Assembly (NCBI GenBank): GCA_002633005.1
Contig: NMRA01000250.1
Coordinates: 277,291 to 341,290, forward strand
Length of the DNA: 64,000 nt
Source: Phoronis australis
Taxonomy: Eukaryota; Animalia; Phoronida
Direction of reading: 5' to 3'
Below are positions 12,099 through 58,020 of this stretch, piece after piece. The position numbers and the translations under genes are program-made. Every line of letters begins with the position of its first letter. The first letter of the stretch is position 1. The notes under the pieces were generated by a model. It ran no database searches and had not been told where the DNA came from. It was given only the letters and a program-made list of their open reading frames with translations.

Positions 12099-12240
12099 TT
12101 CACGAAAACAACAACGGGTTTAAAACTTGACATGTTTCGGTGTCATTTATTAAACACCATCCTCAGAAGTCATAATACAGTGGCCACCTAGCATGACACC
12201 GAAACATGTCAAGTTTTAAAACCGTTGTTGTTTTCGTGAA
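12099..12240. mobile_element. Penelope-like element remnant (inverted partial pLTR)
   Basis: 48-bp inverted repeat (12099-12146 / 12193-12240, 1 mismatch) overlapping a hammerhead motif; 13-bp direct repeat aatcagcttcata at 12060-12072 and 12241-12253. Confidence 0.68.
12124..12171 (-). ncRNA. Minimal type I hammerhead ribozyme motif (Penelope type)
   Basis: Minus strand reads GACUU-CUGAGGA-U-GGUGUU-uaauaaau-GACACC-GAAA-CAUGUC^AAGUU: conserved core, 6-bp stem II, palindromic minimal stem III, GUC site, 5-bp stem I. Confidence 0.75.
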
Positions 12241-13146
12241 AATCAGCTTCATAGAAATGGAAAATGACAATTTTGTCAATTATTTTTTGTGTGAAATAAG
12301 CAGAGACTTACCGTAATCCTGTTAAGTTTCAAAACTAGGTAAGTTTGTGCTGAATGGATGTGTTGTCGATCTGATTTGTTTTTTAATGCCATATCATGGG
12401 TTACAATATATGTTTTATGTGATGTTATTCAATCTAAGTTTATCTGGGATGCATTTTGTAATGTGGTCACTTGAGTGACACTTGTGGCAAACAATCTTGT
12501 CTTATGGAACGGAAATAGTGAGTTAGCGTATCGTTTTATCCCAGGCTTCAACATTCCAGTTGTGCCGTCACTTTCAATGGCGGCAGTTTCCTAGAATGTG
12601 TACTTTTGCAAGGTAATGAGCTTTGTCGTGAAACCCGTTGCGTGATCTTGCCTTTTTAGCTAATGTGTCTTGGTATGGTCTAGACAGACTCCCAAGATTC
12701 AAGCTTTACAGAACGTGCCCCAGGTAACCTTCTGCGCTGATTTTGAATGTACATATCAGTGGCAAAGGTATTCAGTTTACTTTATCCATTGTCGTTTGAT
12801 GTTTAAAGTTTTGTACGTGTCATAGTATTGTTGATAATTTGCAAAAAGTATATTCACGCAATTACTAAATGGGCTTATTTTATTGTTACATTTGTGGTGA
12901 CCAATTTTCACTGGATTTATTTTTTCTCGTATTTTTGGGATTTGTCCAAATCATGCTGAGCTCAATATGTTTCATTTTCAGTCGCATTTTTTTTTAAAAT
13001 TTAGGCTACTGAGGTGTTGGAGAATGGATGAATGGTCTGACAAGTTTACCATGTTTTAATACATGCAAGTAGGGTTGTTTTCAGACTGTCTGAATAATGT
13101 AAAGTGGTCAAGTGCAGCGTTTTTGTTATTAGTTAGATCTGACTGT

Positions 13147-13513
13147 TTGAGACCTTGATTTTCCGTTTTCGAAATACAGGGAAAGAATCGTTTTAGCAAT
13201 ATGTAAAATTCTGGTATTTTCCAATTTGTGAATTAGAAAATTCTGTTGACCACTGACGCAGCTTCGGTTGCGGACTTGGGCTGCAAAGTATGCTATCTTT
13301 ATTTTTTTTCAAAACCAGAAAAAGAACAGCGCCATCTTCAGAGAGAGTGAAAACTTCTCTAACATGTCGACTTGTGACCAGAATCGTTGGCTGTTAAAAG
13401 GCACAAATGTTAGGATGATGGTATGTACTACTGAGGTATGTGAATTCCGTCCGAATTTTCTAATTCTGTGAAAGAAGTTGATTTTGCGTTATCGCGGAAA
13501 ATCAGGGTCTCTA
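13147..13513. mobile_element. hAT-like MITE (old)
   Basis: TIRs TTGAGACCTTGATTTTCCG / CGGAAAATCAGGGTCTCTA (17/19 match); TSD not clear. Confidence 0.6.
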
Positions 13514-14584
13514 GTGATTAGAATTCCATTAAGATTGGTCTGTGCCATATATGCATTTTTCAAAATTAATGAAAACTGCAGCAGCTGTCGTGTTTCCTGG
13601 TGTGTTCTTTGTGAACTTTGCCATCAAAATTTCTGTTTTGCATTTACGATCTGAGGTTAGGTCTTTGTTTCTCTTTGAACTGTTTGCTTTTTGTTCATGA
13701 AGGTCTGAGTGATTTGTTGAAAAATAGGTTTCCTGTTTTCTCCATTCTATTGTACTTTGATTTGTTCTCTTTTGTCTTTTTTATGTGTATGCATTGCATC
13801 GAAATTGATGCTCTCTCTTTTCAAACTAGCGTGGAAATGGACACAATTTCTGTTCATGAGTACCTGTGAAGTTGACATCTGCTCGATTGTTTATGTGCTT
13901 TTTTATTTTGTGCGCTCACTTTTTTGTCTTAGCTGAATTGATTTGGAAAATGTTTCTGAATTGTCAAGCCTAACGTGGAAGAACACGCTGATGGTGATTA
14001 TCTCCCCCGTCACATTCCCGTGCTGGTACGTTTGGAGAAAACGTTGGAAAACGTCCATATCTATCTAACAAGTGCTTCTTCAATTTTGTTCATGGCAATC
14101 ATTTTCAAAATTTTTAAACTAGAGAGTTATTTTGCTTTCACGAGGAAGATTGCCTTATTCTCACATTTTTGAGTCTCAAATTCAATAGTACAGTCCGAAC
14201 TATAGGTTTTATCAAAACGTCTGGCTTCTTAGCAAATGTGTGGGGAGTACATTGCTTTGTGACAAAGCCTGGCTGTGCAGTGCAGTCTTAGACAGGCATG
14301 TTGCATTCAATTTTTATTTACATAAATTTTGAAATGACGCTTTGAGCTTGTAGTGACACAGTGATGCGCATGACAAGTATTGAAAGTATAAACTTTGTGT
14401 AATCTGTGCTATCCAAGATCCAAGTGGTGTAAATGGTAAAAATACTGCACGTTTTGTGTTACTTCATAAATTTCTTAAATGGAGCTTTTGTTGGTTTTAC
14501 TTTCCCCCAGAAAATCATCTGCACTCCAACAAAAACTCAAGAAACCAACGAAGGAACTAAGTCACCAGGTTTACCTTAGCATAT

Positions 14585-14935
14585 TTAATATTCAAAATCA
14601 GTTATGAATGAATACAGATTTATATTCAAAATCAGTATGAATGAATACAGATCTATATTCAAATTTCAAAATCACTATGAATGAATACAGATTTATATTC
14701 AAAATCAGTATGAATGAATACAGATTTATATTCAAAATCAGTTATGAATGAATACAGATTTATATTCAAAATCAGTATGAATGAATACAGATCTATATTC
14801 AAAATCAGTATGAATGAATACAGATTTATATTCAAATTCAGTTATGAATAATACAGATTTGTATTCAAAATCAGTATGAATGAATACAGATTTATATTCA
14901 AAATCAGTATGAATGAATACAGATTTATATTCAAT
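14585..14935. repeat. About 33-bp minisatellite, about 10 copies
   Basis: Unit aaaatcagtatgaatgaatacagatttatattc. Confidence 0.95.
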
Positions 14936-15706
14936 AACTGTGCAATATAAAGTTGGAAGCAAAATTTAAGCCAAGTTTGTACAGGACAAGATATAAGGCT
15001 ATGTACAAAGTGAATCCTGTACCAGTTACAGTGCTGTACATAATGAAACTCCAAAAAATAGGTTTGTAACGAAACTTCAAGTTCATTTACCAATAAATAA
15101 CATTAATAGAGTAATAATACTAATAATAAAAAGTATACTTTCCTGATGCAGCTTGGTAAAAAATGAAAACTACATTTTTGTTTTGCTGCGGTAAAGTTCC
15201 GTTTTAGGACACAACATGGGGGACAAGAATTTTTTTGTTTTTTCATTTTCTTCGTAAAAATGTGTAGCGTCAACATAACGTTTTATTGTGTTCCAGTTCT
15301 GTACCATAACTACCATCAGCAGTGCTGTAGTGGTAAAATTAGAGGGAAGTAGGCGCCTAGAGCACACCGTATCACATTGAGCACTGAACTTACCGGGCAT
15401 AGGTGCTACGTCCAAATGCCAACTACGGTGGTTGGCTGCACCTGCGTGCGCATACGCCCCGCTACAGCACTGACCATCAGAAATAATTTGAAAAAAACAT
15501 GGACAATCGAACAATACTAGAAAACCTTGAAATATCATGAACAAAGGGTAATTTTAGCAATTTTTGTCTGAAATTAGTGAGATTTTACGATAGTGCATGA
15601 ACCAGTGCTAGCTTTCCAAAATGCAAGAATATGCCGGAGTCAATGTTGTCTTCAAATTTATTGTACAAGTGAAAATTTGCAGCTGAATTGCGCAAATTTT
15701 GTTTAA

Positions 15707-16557
15707 AGGGGAAGGCAATCTTTTTCATGTCATTTTTAGCAAAAATAAAATATTGATTATTCCAGACATATTTTTCACTTAATTACAGCTTTTCGCAATT
15801 TAATTAATAATTCGTCCTCTACTCCGGAAGTGACGTTTTGGGAGGCAAAAATTTCGCGCTAATTTAGAGCTGTCGAGTCGGTCGTAGTTCTACCTCAGTT
15901 GTGATAAGCTCGGTCGTCGTTTGCTTTTGTTTACGAGTCAGTCAACATGCAACACTGTTGCTGTGTACCTGGATGTAATCATTATAGCCTAGAGCCTGTA
16001 AGCAGCCCTGCTGCGATGTTGAGTAGTGGGAGTGAATACAGGCGTAGTTAGACACTCGGTGAACAGGACAGTTCATCGTCCAATGGACAGATCGGTGAGC
16101 TAAACATTGATAAGTCTAAAGTATTGGAGCTATTTAGAAGGTGCCAGGTGTGTGGCGAGGGAGTCACATGGCAGGATGTAAGCAGTTTGTGCGCTCAAGT
16201 AACCATCCAGAGGAAGTGTGGGACAGTTGTTCCTCTGTCTGTGAGATGATAATGAGTACATCCCGGTACGCAGCAACAGTGTGTCATGTCGACAGACTCG
16301 TAAACAAAAGGAAACGACAACTGAACTTATCACAACCGAGGTAGAGCGATGACTGACTCAGCAGCTCTCATAGTCGGTCTATATGAAAAGAAATTGGCAC
16401 GAAATCCTTGCCTTCCAAAACGTCACTTCCGAAGTAGCAGACAAAAAAAGTAATTGTTTAAATTGCAAAAAGCTGTAAATAACTGAAAAATATGTCTGGG
16501 ACAATTAACGAACCTTATTTTTGCTAAAAATGACAAGAAGAAATGTTGCCTTCGCCT
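15707..16557. mobile_element. Kolobok-like non-autonomous element with about 280-310-bp TIRs, each containing a THAP ORF start
   Basis: TTAA TSD (15703-15706, 16558-16561); termini AGGGGAAGGCAA / TTGCCTTCGCCT; arms are inverted copies through M-x-HCCCVPGC. Confidence 0.85.
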
Positions 16558-17038
16558 TTAAGCATTCTTCAGCATCACTTACTAACAATACAGAAGCACG
16601 AAACCTGAACCAGAAACACAAAATGTTCAACTGAATACATGCATTTAAGGTACATCGCATTGGGACTTCAGGCAGACTCGGAGGTACTTCACCTAATTTC
16701 AGATGGGTGCAAGAGATTTGAAAGGTCTGGCCAACAGCAAATAGCACAACCCAGCAAAGTGACTGAACTGTATATTTTTGAGTTTACAGAACCCCCCGGT
16801 TTGTGAAGAAATCTACCCAAGTGTACGGTAACTTGGCCATAGGTGAGCCCTACGTATTGGCTTTCAATACCACCGTCTTTCCTAATAAGCAGTACAGCCC
16901 AGTTTATGCAGTAAGCGAGGAGCATCCTTAAGACAATTCAAACTTTTGGTCATTACAGGACTTGGAGGAAAATTTTACAGGTGATGCATCAATTCCACAA
17001 ATAAATAGGCTTGTGTGATAAAATACTTTTTGTGTTAT

Positions 17039-17168
17039 AAAATTTTAATAAAATAAATGTTTTTGTATGAATAAGTCACAGTAACGATAAAAAGAGATGG
17101 AAAAAGAGGAAACTGGAAATCAAAAAATAGGAAATCGAAACCAAATAAGAGGGAAATTCCAAGCCCTA
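17039..17168 (-). repeat. Dispersed repeat, hAT-like MITE end, copy 2
   Basis: Reverse complement of about 4965-5120. Confidence 0.65.
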
Positions 17169-18676
17169 TAATTATTCTGTAAAATTGCATCAGTCTCGGG
17201 CAAGTCTGCTTACTGCACATATATTTCAACTCATACTGATCTCCATGTTTGGTGCCCTTCACAATTCCTGTTGTTATCACCTCTGGTTGGCGTCATATAC
17301 CTAGTTACACTTAACCAAGTATTTTTCCTCTACGGTCTGTAGCATTTTCCTTGCACCACCGATATATCTACACACTCTATATCCGTTCTTTTAATCCTAA
17401 CTCTTCCCATCAAACATCGTCAAGAGTACCAAACTTTACCAAAACGTTTGCTTTGCAGTCGACATATAATGTTGGAAGACCAAAGTGTCACAACAAAACT
17501 TAGCCAATAAATTAAAACCTAAGGTCATTTTCTGACTCAAGAATGCACTGTGTTATTTCTACACTGGGTACATCTGATACAATACTACTGTCCTGGTTGC
17601 ATAATATTATGGGTTTTCCAAGAATGAATTAAAATTGCCATCCCACTCTAAAAACAACTTGTCATGGGTTCGTAAAATTACACCTCACTCTTTGCAGTCA
17701 ACAGATAACTTAAGGATACCACCAATGGAAGACAAGAGAAAAGTGAACTGAATGTCAATCAACATTTCCATAATGAACTGAACCATCCAATCAGATATCA
17801 GCTTACAAATATTAGCATGCACAATAAATGGGTGGCTCATTTACTGAATGTTGCAATTGTCAAACAATGGACATTTTTACAATGAGACAATTCTGGGATT
17901 AACATTTTCCTCGCCATCTGTTGGCTGGAAATGTAGGTGCACGACCTCTAATTTCATTGGTGGGTGTCATTCAATGTCCCACAATCCATTGCAGATATCC
18001 TACGATGCTCTACACATAAAAAATCATTGCCATCAAAGTGGCAATTCCTTCCAATGTCCAGCATAAACATGAACATGAAAAATAGTGAAATAAGTCAATT
18101 AATCTTAACAGTCTGGAAATCATTTTCTGTCCTGATATGGAAAGATCAGAGACATACCTCATGTGATTGAATAACCCGATTCAAAAGTTGGGTTTTCGGC
18201 AGACAGTGAGGGAGAAATATCTCGACAGGGAACTTAGAAATAAACTAAGCTGTTTACCAAACCTTAGACTTCATTCAGAGACAAAAATAACCTTGTTGCT
18301 TGAAATTTATAAATTCATAATTCTCCATGCGGTTATACAGTCAAAATAATAAACACTCAAATAAAGTGGTATCATGTTTCGGATATCGTCATGAAATAAA
18401 ATCGTTTACAGATTAAAATTATTCGAAACCAAGTCACACTCACCTAATAAAATAATTTTTATGTTACTCAATATTCTGCTCTATTATACAAAATGTCAGC
18501 AACCAATACCAACCAATCAGCAGCAGGTTTGTAAGCAAAAATGCAGTTAAAACAACCAAAAAAATGTACAATGGAGTACACTCATCCATTACACCCTCTC
18601 AAAACTGACCAATGGGAAGTGTTGTAATACTGTTCAAGAACCAATCAGCAGAAGCCAGCTGTACCAGTCTGACATT

Positions 18677-53046
<34,370 letters not shown>

Positions 53047-54402
53047 CTGCGAGAAAAACGTGAAAGTTTCACAACTGGGGCTGCTTAGATCATAAATCTG
53101 TCGGTGGATGCTGTAATCGACATTCAAGCAGTAACAAGAACATACAGACCCCAGCAGCATTACAGCAGAGAGAGTTATTCATTTTGAAACAAACACGACT
53201 AATAAATTGTCATTTTCATCTCTCAAAGGCAAACCACATTGCACCAAAAGTTGTTTAGCATGATATACTAAAAACTAAGAAATTTTCAAACCCGTATGTT
53301 CGTCGTTAACTACGACAAAACAAAATATGTGTTAACTGAAATTCTCTTACTGCACTTTATATCCATCACGTGTTTCTATAAGTGAGCGTCAATCAACTGA
53401 GCAAAATCAATGAAGTTTATCAAACAATCGTATAAACTCAACATGATATCCACCATCTGAGACAATAATTTACTAATTACAGAGAGAGGGAACCTGCAAC
53501 TGCAATTCCAAAGGCAGTAAGACCGCACTACGCAAGTCAACTGATTTGCTTGTATTCGTATAAACAACGGATGCACCTGCATACAGAATAACAACAACAA
53601 ATAGATAACACTACAAAATTCATAGATTCACATGCTCCCACAGGCATCCAAAGAAAACACGTATGATCGATTGATCAAAGAAATACACTAAGACCAGATC
53701 TCTTTATTTTTAAGCGAAGACACTACTAAGTTATGAGGCACCCGACAAAAGAGGAGGGGGTCTAATCTTTGCACTCAAAAGTTCTTTTCCGCATTAGTTT
53801 AACAGAAACAAGACTAGTGTTTATAATTCCTTACTCGAGTACATTAAGGTTTACTCGGATGACTGTCTAATCCTAGTTTACACTCGATGACTGCAGCAGT
53901 AATGCTACAAGTTCGAGTCTGAACTCGAAATGTTGAGTTTTTACTCGAAATCTCCAGTTTTTACTAGTTTCTAGCTTGAACCCAGAGGTCATCAAACGCA
54001 ACTTGAACAAGAAATTTATCTGTTTACTAAAACAATAAGGCACTCCAACACTTTATCTTGAGTTTATATCAAAGAAGGGCAGAAAAGGTTAAGAATAATT
54101 TCGAGTTTGACTTTGAGTGTGGAACCCGGACCCAGAAGAAGGGCAATTTGTATCTAGCAATAGATACCAGCATTTTGAAGACTAAACCAACTGCGAGGTA
54201 TGTCACACTTACACGATAATAACATACAAGAGGAGTGTTGTTATCTGTCTATAACAAGATATGCAAGATCATAAGAGGAGTGTTGTTATCTGTCTATAAC
54301 AAGATATGCAAGATCATAAGAGTCCGTGCATTTCACCATCAAAGCATCTTCTGACTACAGATGCCTTATTTTCTGAATAATGAGCAAAATTATGAGACAT
54401 TT

Positions 54403-54511
54403 GGTAATAGTACGATATAACGTGCCAGCATTTTGAGAACCAGTTTTCTCCACTGAATAACAAGTATCAATTGGTTCTCAAGATGCAGGCACTTTATATC
54501 AGACTGTTGCC
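54403..54511. mobile_element. 110-bp palindromic MITE, copy 3
   Basis: Same arms and spacer (tctccactgaataa) as copies 1 and 2. Confidence 0.85.
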
Positions 54512-55659
54512 GAATATTTTAATAAAAAGTAGCCTACCCAGCAGTAGATATGACTATCCAACATCTGCACTACCAAATTTTTACTTGGAGGCAGTTAGAG
54601 CAAACTTTTCTTTTGTATTTAACTCAAAAAGCATGAACCACAGTAGGTTTACAAAAATAAGGTTGACAGTGTTTTTTCTCGTCAAAAGTAAACGAAATTT
54701 TGAAGCAAAAATTTCTGGCTAATTTTCAAATGATTTATTATCATTTTTATCAGGTGAACTTCTGTATTTCTGCCTAAAACAGCCATAAAGCCTAATTTTC
54801 AAGAACTTAGCCAACTTTTTTGAAAACTATTGTTTCCCATTCACAGCCACTGCTGTCATAATTCGATACTCACAACATCCTCATGAGCAAAGCAATGACA
54901 GTCGCATAACTGATGGAACTCAACTCCAAGCATGGACATGTCGACCATCACCGAGACAGAAACAACAGGATAACGACTACAGAGATATCACGCAATGGTC
55001 AACCCAAACACAACTCTCATACAGTTTCAGATCAGCCAATAAAATATAAAAGTCGAGATATAAACAAGCACATGACTCAAACTCGCGGTCTCCATTACTG
55101 TAACTGTTGTGCCACGTATCAAAACGCTAATTCTGACACACTAAAATGCTGGAAAACCACCTTACCATACCAGTCAATCACTCATACTGGCATTTTTGTG
55201 CAATTCAACAAAAAGCAATGGAGTGATATATAATCGCCTAGTAACAAGTAATGTACGAACTGTAATCGCTGTAATTTCATCGGTCTATTGATTTTTTTAC
55301 ACAATTGCTTAAACCACGCAGGACATTTTTAGCCATTGGACGGAATGGAAACAGTTAGCACCAAATCTACTGACTTCGCATGAAGACGCACATTATATTA
55401 ATATAACTGAGTGTCTCATAAAATATAAAACAGTCGAAACAAAAAGCCTGTTGTTCCATTACTATTACTAGATAATCAGTTCTCATGACAAATGGCACAG
55501 CACCTCTGATGCATGAAAGATGTGCATCATGACAGGAAACTGGTCATTTTCGGAAAGTGAAAAATTGACTATTTTCATATACACAAGATGAATGCAAAGA
55601 ATTGAAATAAGTGCACAACTGCACTGTAAACGGCATGGTTCTAGAGGCGTCCATTAGTA

Positions 55660-55930
55660 TCATAAAAATGCCCACTAGGTGGTGCAGAATACATCAAACT
55701 CGTCCCAAAAATGAGAAGACATCGTGACCTACATATATACCTATTCGCCAAATATCATGGAAATCCATCAAGGAAGATAAAGAGGTAAACCATAAAAATA
55801 TAATTTCCACTAGGGGCATAGCAGTAGCCAGGGTCATCCAAAATTCACCATCGTACCTTGTCGTATTCATATAAAAACACTTGCAAAATTTCAAAAAAGG
55901 TCCTACATAGGGTTAAGGAGATAATGCTGT
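55660..55930 (-). repeat. Remnant of HINE core repeats in reverse orientation
   Basis: aaaaatgcccactaggtggtgcag is nearly the reverse complement of tgcaccacctagtggcaattttt at about 7910. Confidence 0.5.
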
Positions 55931-56273
55931 AGACTCCCAAAACTTGCCGCAAGGGCCAAGGGAGTGCCAAAATAGTTGGAAATTTAAAGACACCTGAGAT
56001 CTCAGCATTTTGGGGTCCAAAAACATTAATAACTGTGTAAAGAGCAGGTTTTAACGAAAGACCACTTTAGACCATCAAATCTCCTCATTACTGCTATATT
56101 CATTTGTATCACTAAGATAAAGTAGTCACGATAATGTCTCCTTGCCTAACTTGTGTAAATTCATTGAGATTGCAATTTCCACTCGTCCAAAGTCAATTAA
56201 AACACCAGTTGCAAGCCATCATGGGGATTTTGATTAAAGGCCTATGGTGTTTACCCTAACTTCGTTAATTACC

Positions 56274-57668
56274 CATAATCCTTAATGTCGCTCATCAATT
56301 CTTGATTAAAAGGATTTGACTGGGAACACAGTGCTAGAACATGTGAGCACCAGACATGTAGTGATAAATCTGAGGAAAGAATATTTGGCAATCAGTCAAG
56401 AAATCATATGCAGTTCTATCCCTCCGATGAAGATGGGTGTGTTTCTTTTTCAACAAAGTCTCTTCCATCAAAACTGAATATTGCACACATATTTCAGCTT
56501 AATTTAATAGTCAGAGATTTGCATTTCTTCAGAATTCAGCTGTTAGCTGCGGGAGCATGGCTGTAAATATTGTTGTGTATTTCAAAAAACGGAACTTTTT
56601 GATACCGTGGCAGGATGCGGGACAAAGCTTCAAAAAGCGGGACGGTGCGCCAAAAGCAGGGGCATTGGCAACCTACGTTATCCATCACAAAATGGTGGAT
56701 GTTGACATGTATTTTAGCAAAACCTGTTAAATGAAAAGTAGGCTACTATGAACGGACAGGAACTCACAAAACTCACCAAGTGGTATGTTCATGTACAAAG
56801 GGTAGCCAGCCACATGTAACTCACCAAGTGGTATGTTCATGTACAAAGGGTAGCCAGCCACATGTAACTCACCAAGTGGTATGTTCATGTACAAAGGGTA
56901 GCCAGCCACATGTAACTCACCAAGTGGTATGTTCATGTACAAAGGGTAGCCAGCCACATGTAACTCACCAAGTGGTATGTTCATGTACAAAGGGTAGCCA
57001 GCCACATGTAACTCACCAAGTGGTATGTTCATGTACAAAGGGTAGCCAGCCACATGTAACTCACCAAGTGGTATGTTCATGTACAAAGGGTAGCCAGCCA
57101 CATGTAACTCACCAAGTGGTATGTTCATGTACAAAGGGTAGNCATAATCCTTAATGTCGCTCATCAATTCTTGATTAAAAGGATTTGACTGGGAACACAG
57201 TGCTAGAACATGTGAGCCCCAGACATGTAGTGATAAATCTCAGGAAAGAATATTTCGCAATCAGTCAAGAAATCATATGCAGTTCTATCCCTCCGATGAA
57301 GATGGGTGTGTTTCTTTTTGAACAAAGTCTCTTCCATCAAGACTGAATATTGCACACATATTTCAGCTTAATTTAATAGTCAGAGATTTGCATTTCTTCA
57401 GAATTCAGCTGTTAGTTGTGGGAGCATGGCTGTAAATATTGTTGTGTATTTCCGTGGCAGGATGCGGGACAAAGCTTCAAAAAGCGGGACGGTGCGCCAA
57501 AAGCAGGGGCGTTGGCAACCTACGTTATCCATCACACAATGGTGGATGTTGACATGTATTTTAGCAAAACCTGTTAAATGAAAAGTAGGCTACTATGAAC
57601 GGACAGGAACTCACAAAACTCACCAAGTGGTATGTTCATGTACAAAGGGTAGCCAGCCACATGTAACT
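56274..57668. repeat. Direct duplication across a single N (56274-57141 vs 57143-57668); probable haplotype overlap
   Basis: Copy 2 restarts at cataatccttaatg right after the N at 57142. Confidence 0.9.
56770..57141. repeat. 48-bp perfect minisatellite, about 7.75 copies, truncated at N
   Basis: Unit aactcaccaagtggtatgttcatgtacaaagggtagccagccacatgt. Confidence 0.97.
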
Positions 57669-57800
57669 ATGTGTGGTGAGCAAGAAAACTTATTTGAAAA
57701 AAATTCACTATTTTGGACTAGGAGCATGGGCAAATGAATTAAAAAATAATTGTCAATACTTGTCAACAACAACAAAAAACAAAATTATTCCAGCTCTCAA

Positions 57801-58020
57801 GTTAAGCATGGTAACCTTACGCATTAATGCCTAGATGCCTATTGGTTAAGCATGGTAACCTTACGCATTAATGCCTAGATGCCTATTGGTTAAGCATGGT
57901 AACCTTAACCATTAATGCCTAGATGCCTATTGGTTAAGCATGGTAACCTTAACCATTAATGCCTAGATGCCTATTGGTTAAGCATGGTAACCTTAACCAT
58001 TAATGCCTAGATGCCTATTG
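57801..58020. repeat. 44-bp minisatellite, 5 copies
   Basis: Unit ttaagcatggtaaccttacgcattaatgcctagatgcctattgg, with two variant types. Confidence 0.95.

Noticed and set aside
15125-15700. 124-aa minus-strand ORF and transposon-like sequence next to the Kolobok-like element
   Set aside because: No recognisable protein motif and no pair of termini found; probably old repeat debris.
56727-57167. Repetitive ORFs on both strands and a CRISPR-like appearance
   Set aside because: Head-to-tail 48-bp units with no unique spacers, no cas genes and a eukaryotic context. The same applies to the arrays at 11.1, 14.6, 27.7, 49.0, 57.8 and 61.5 kb.
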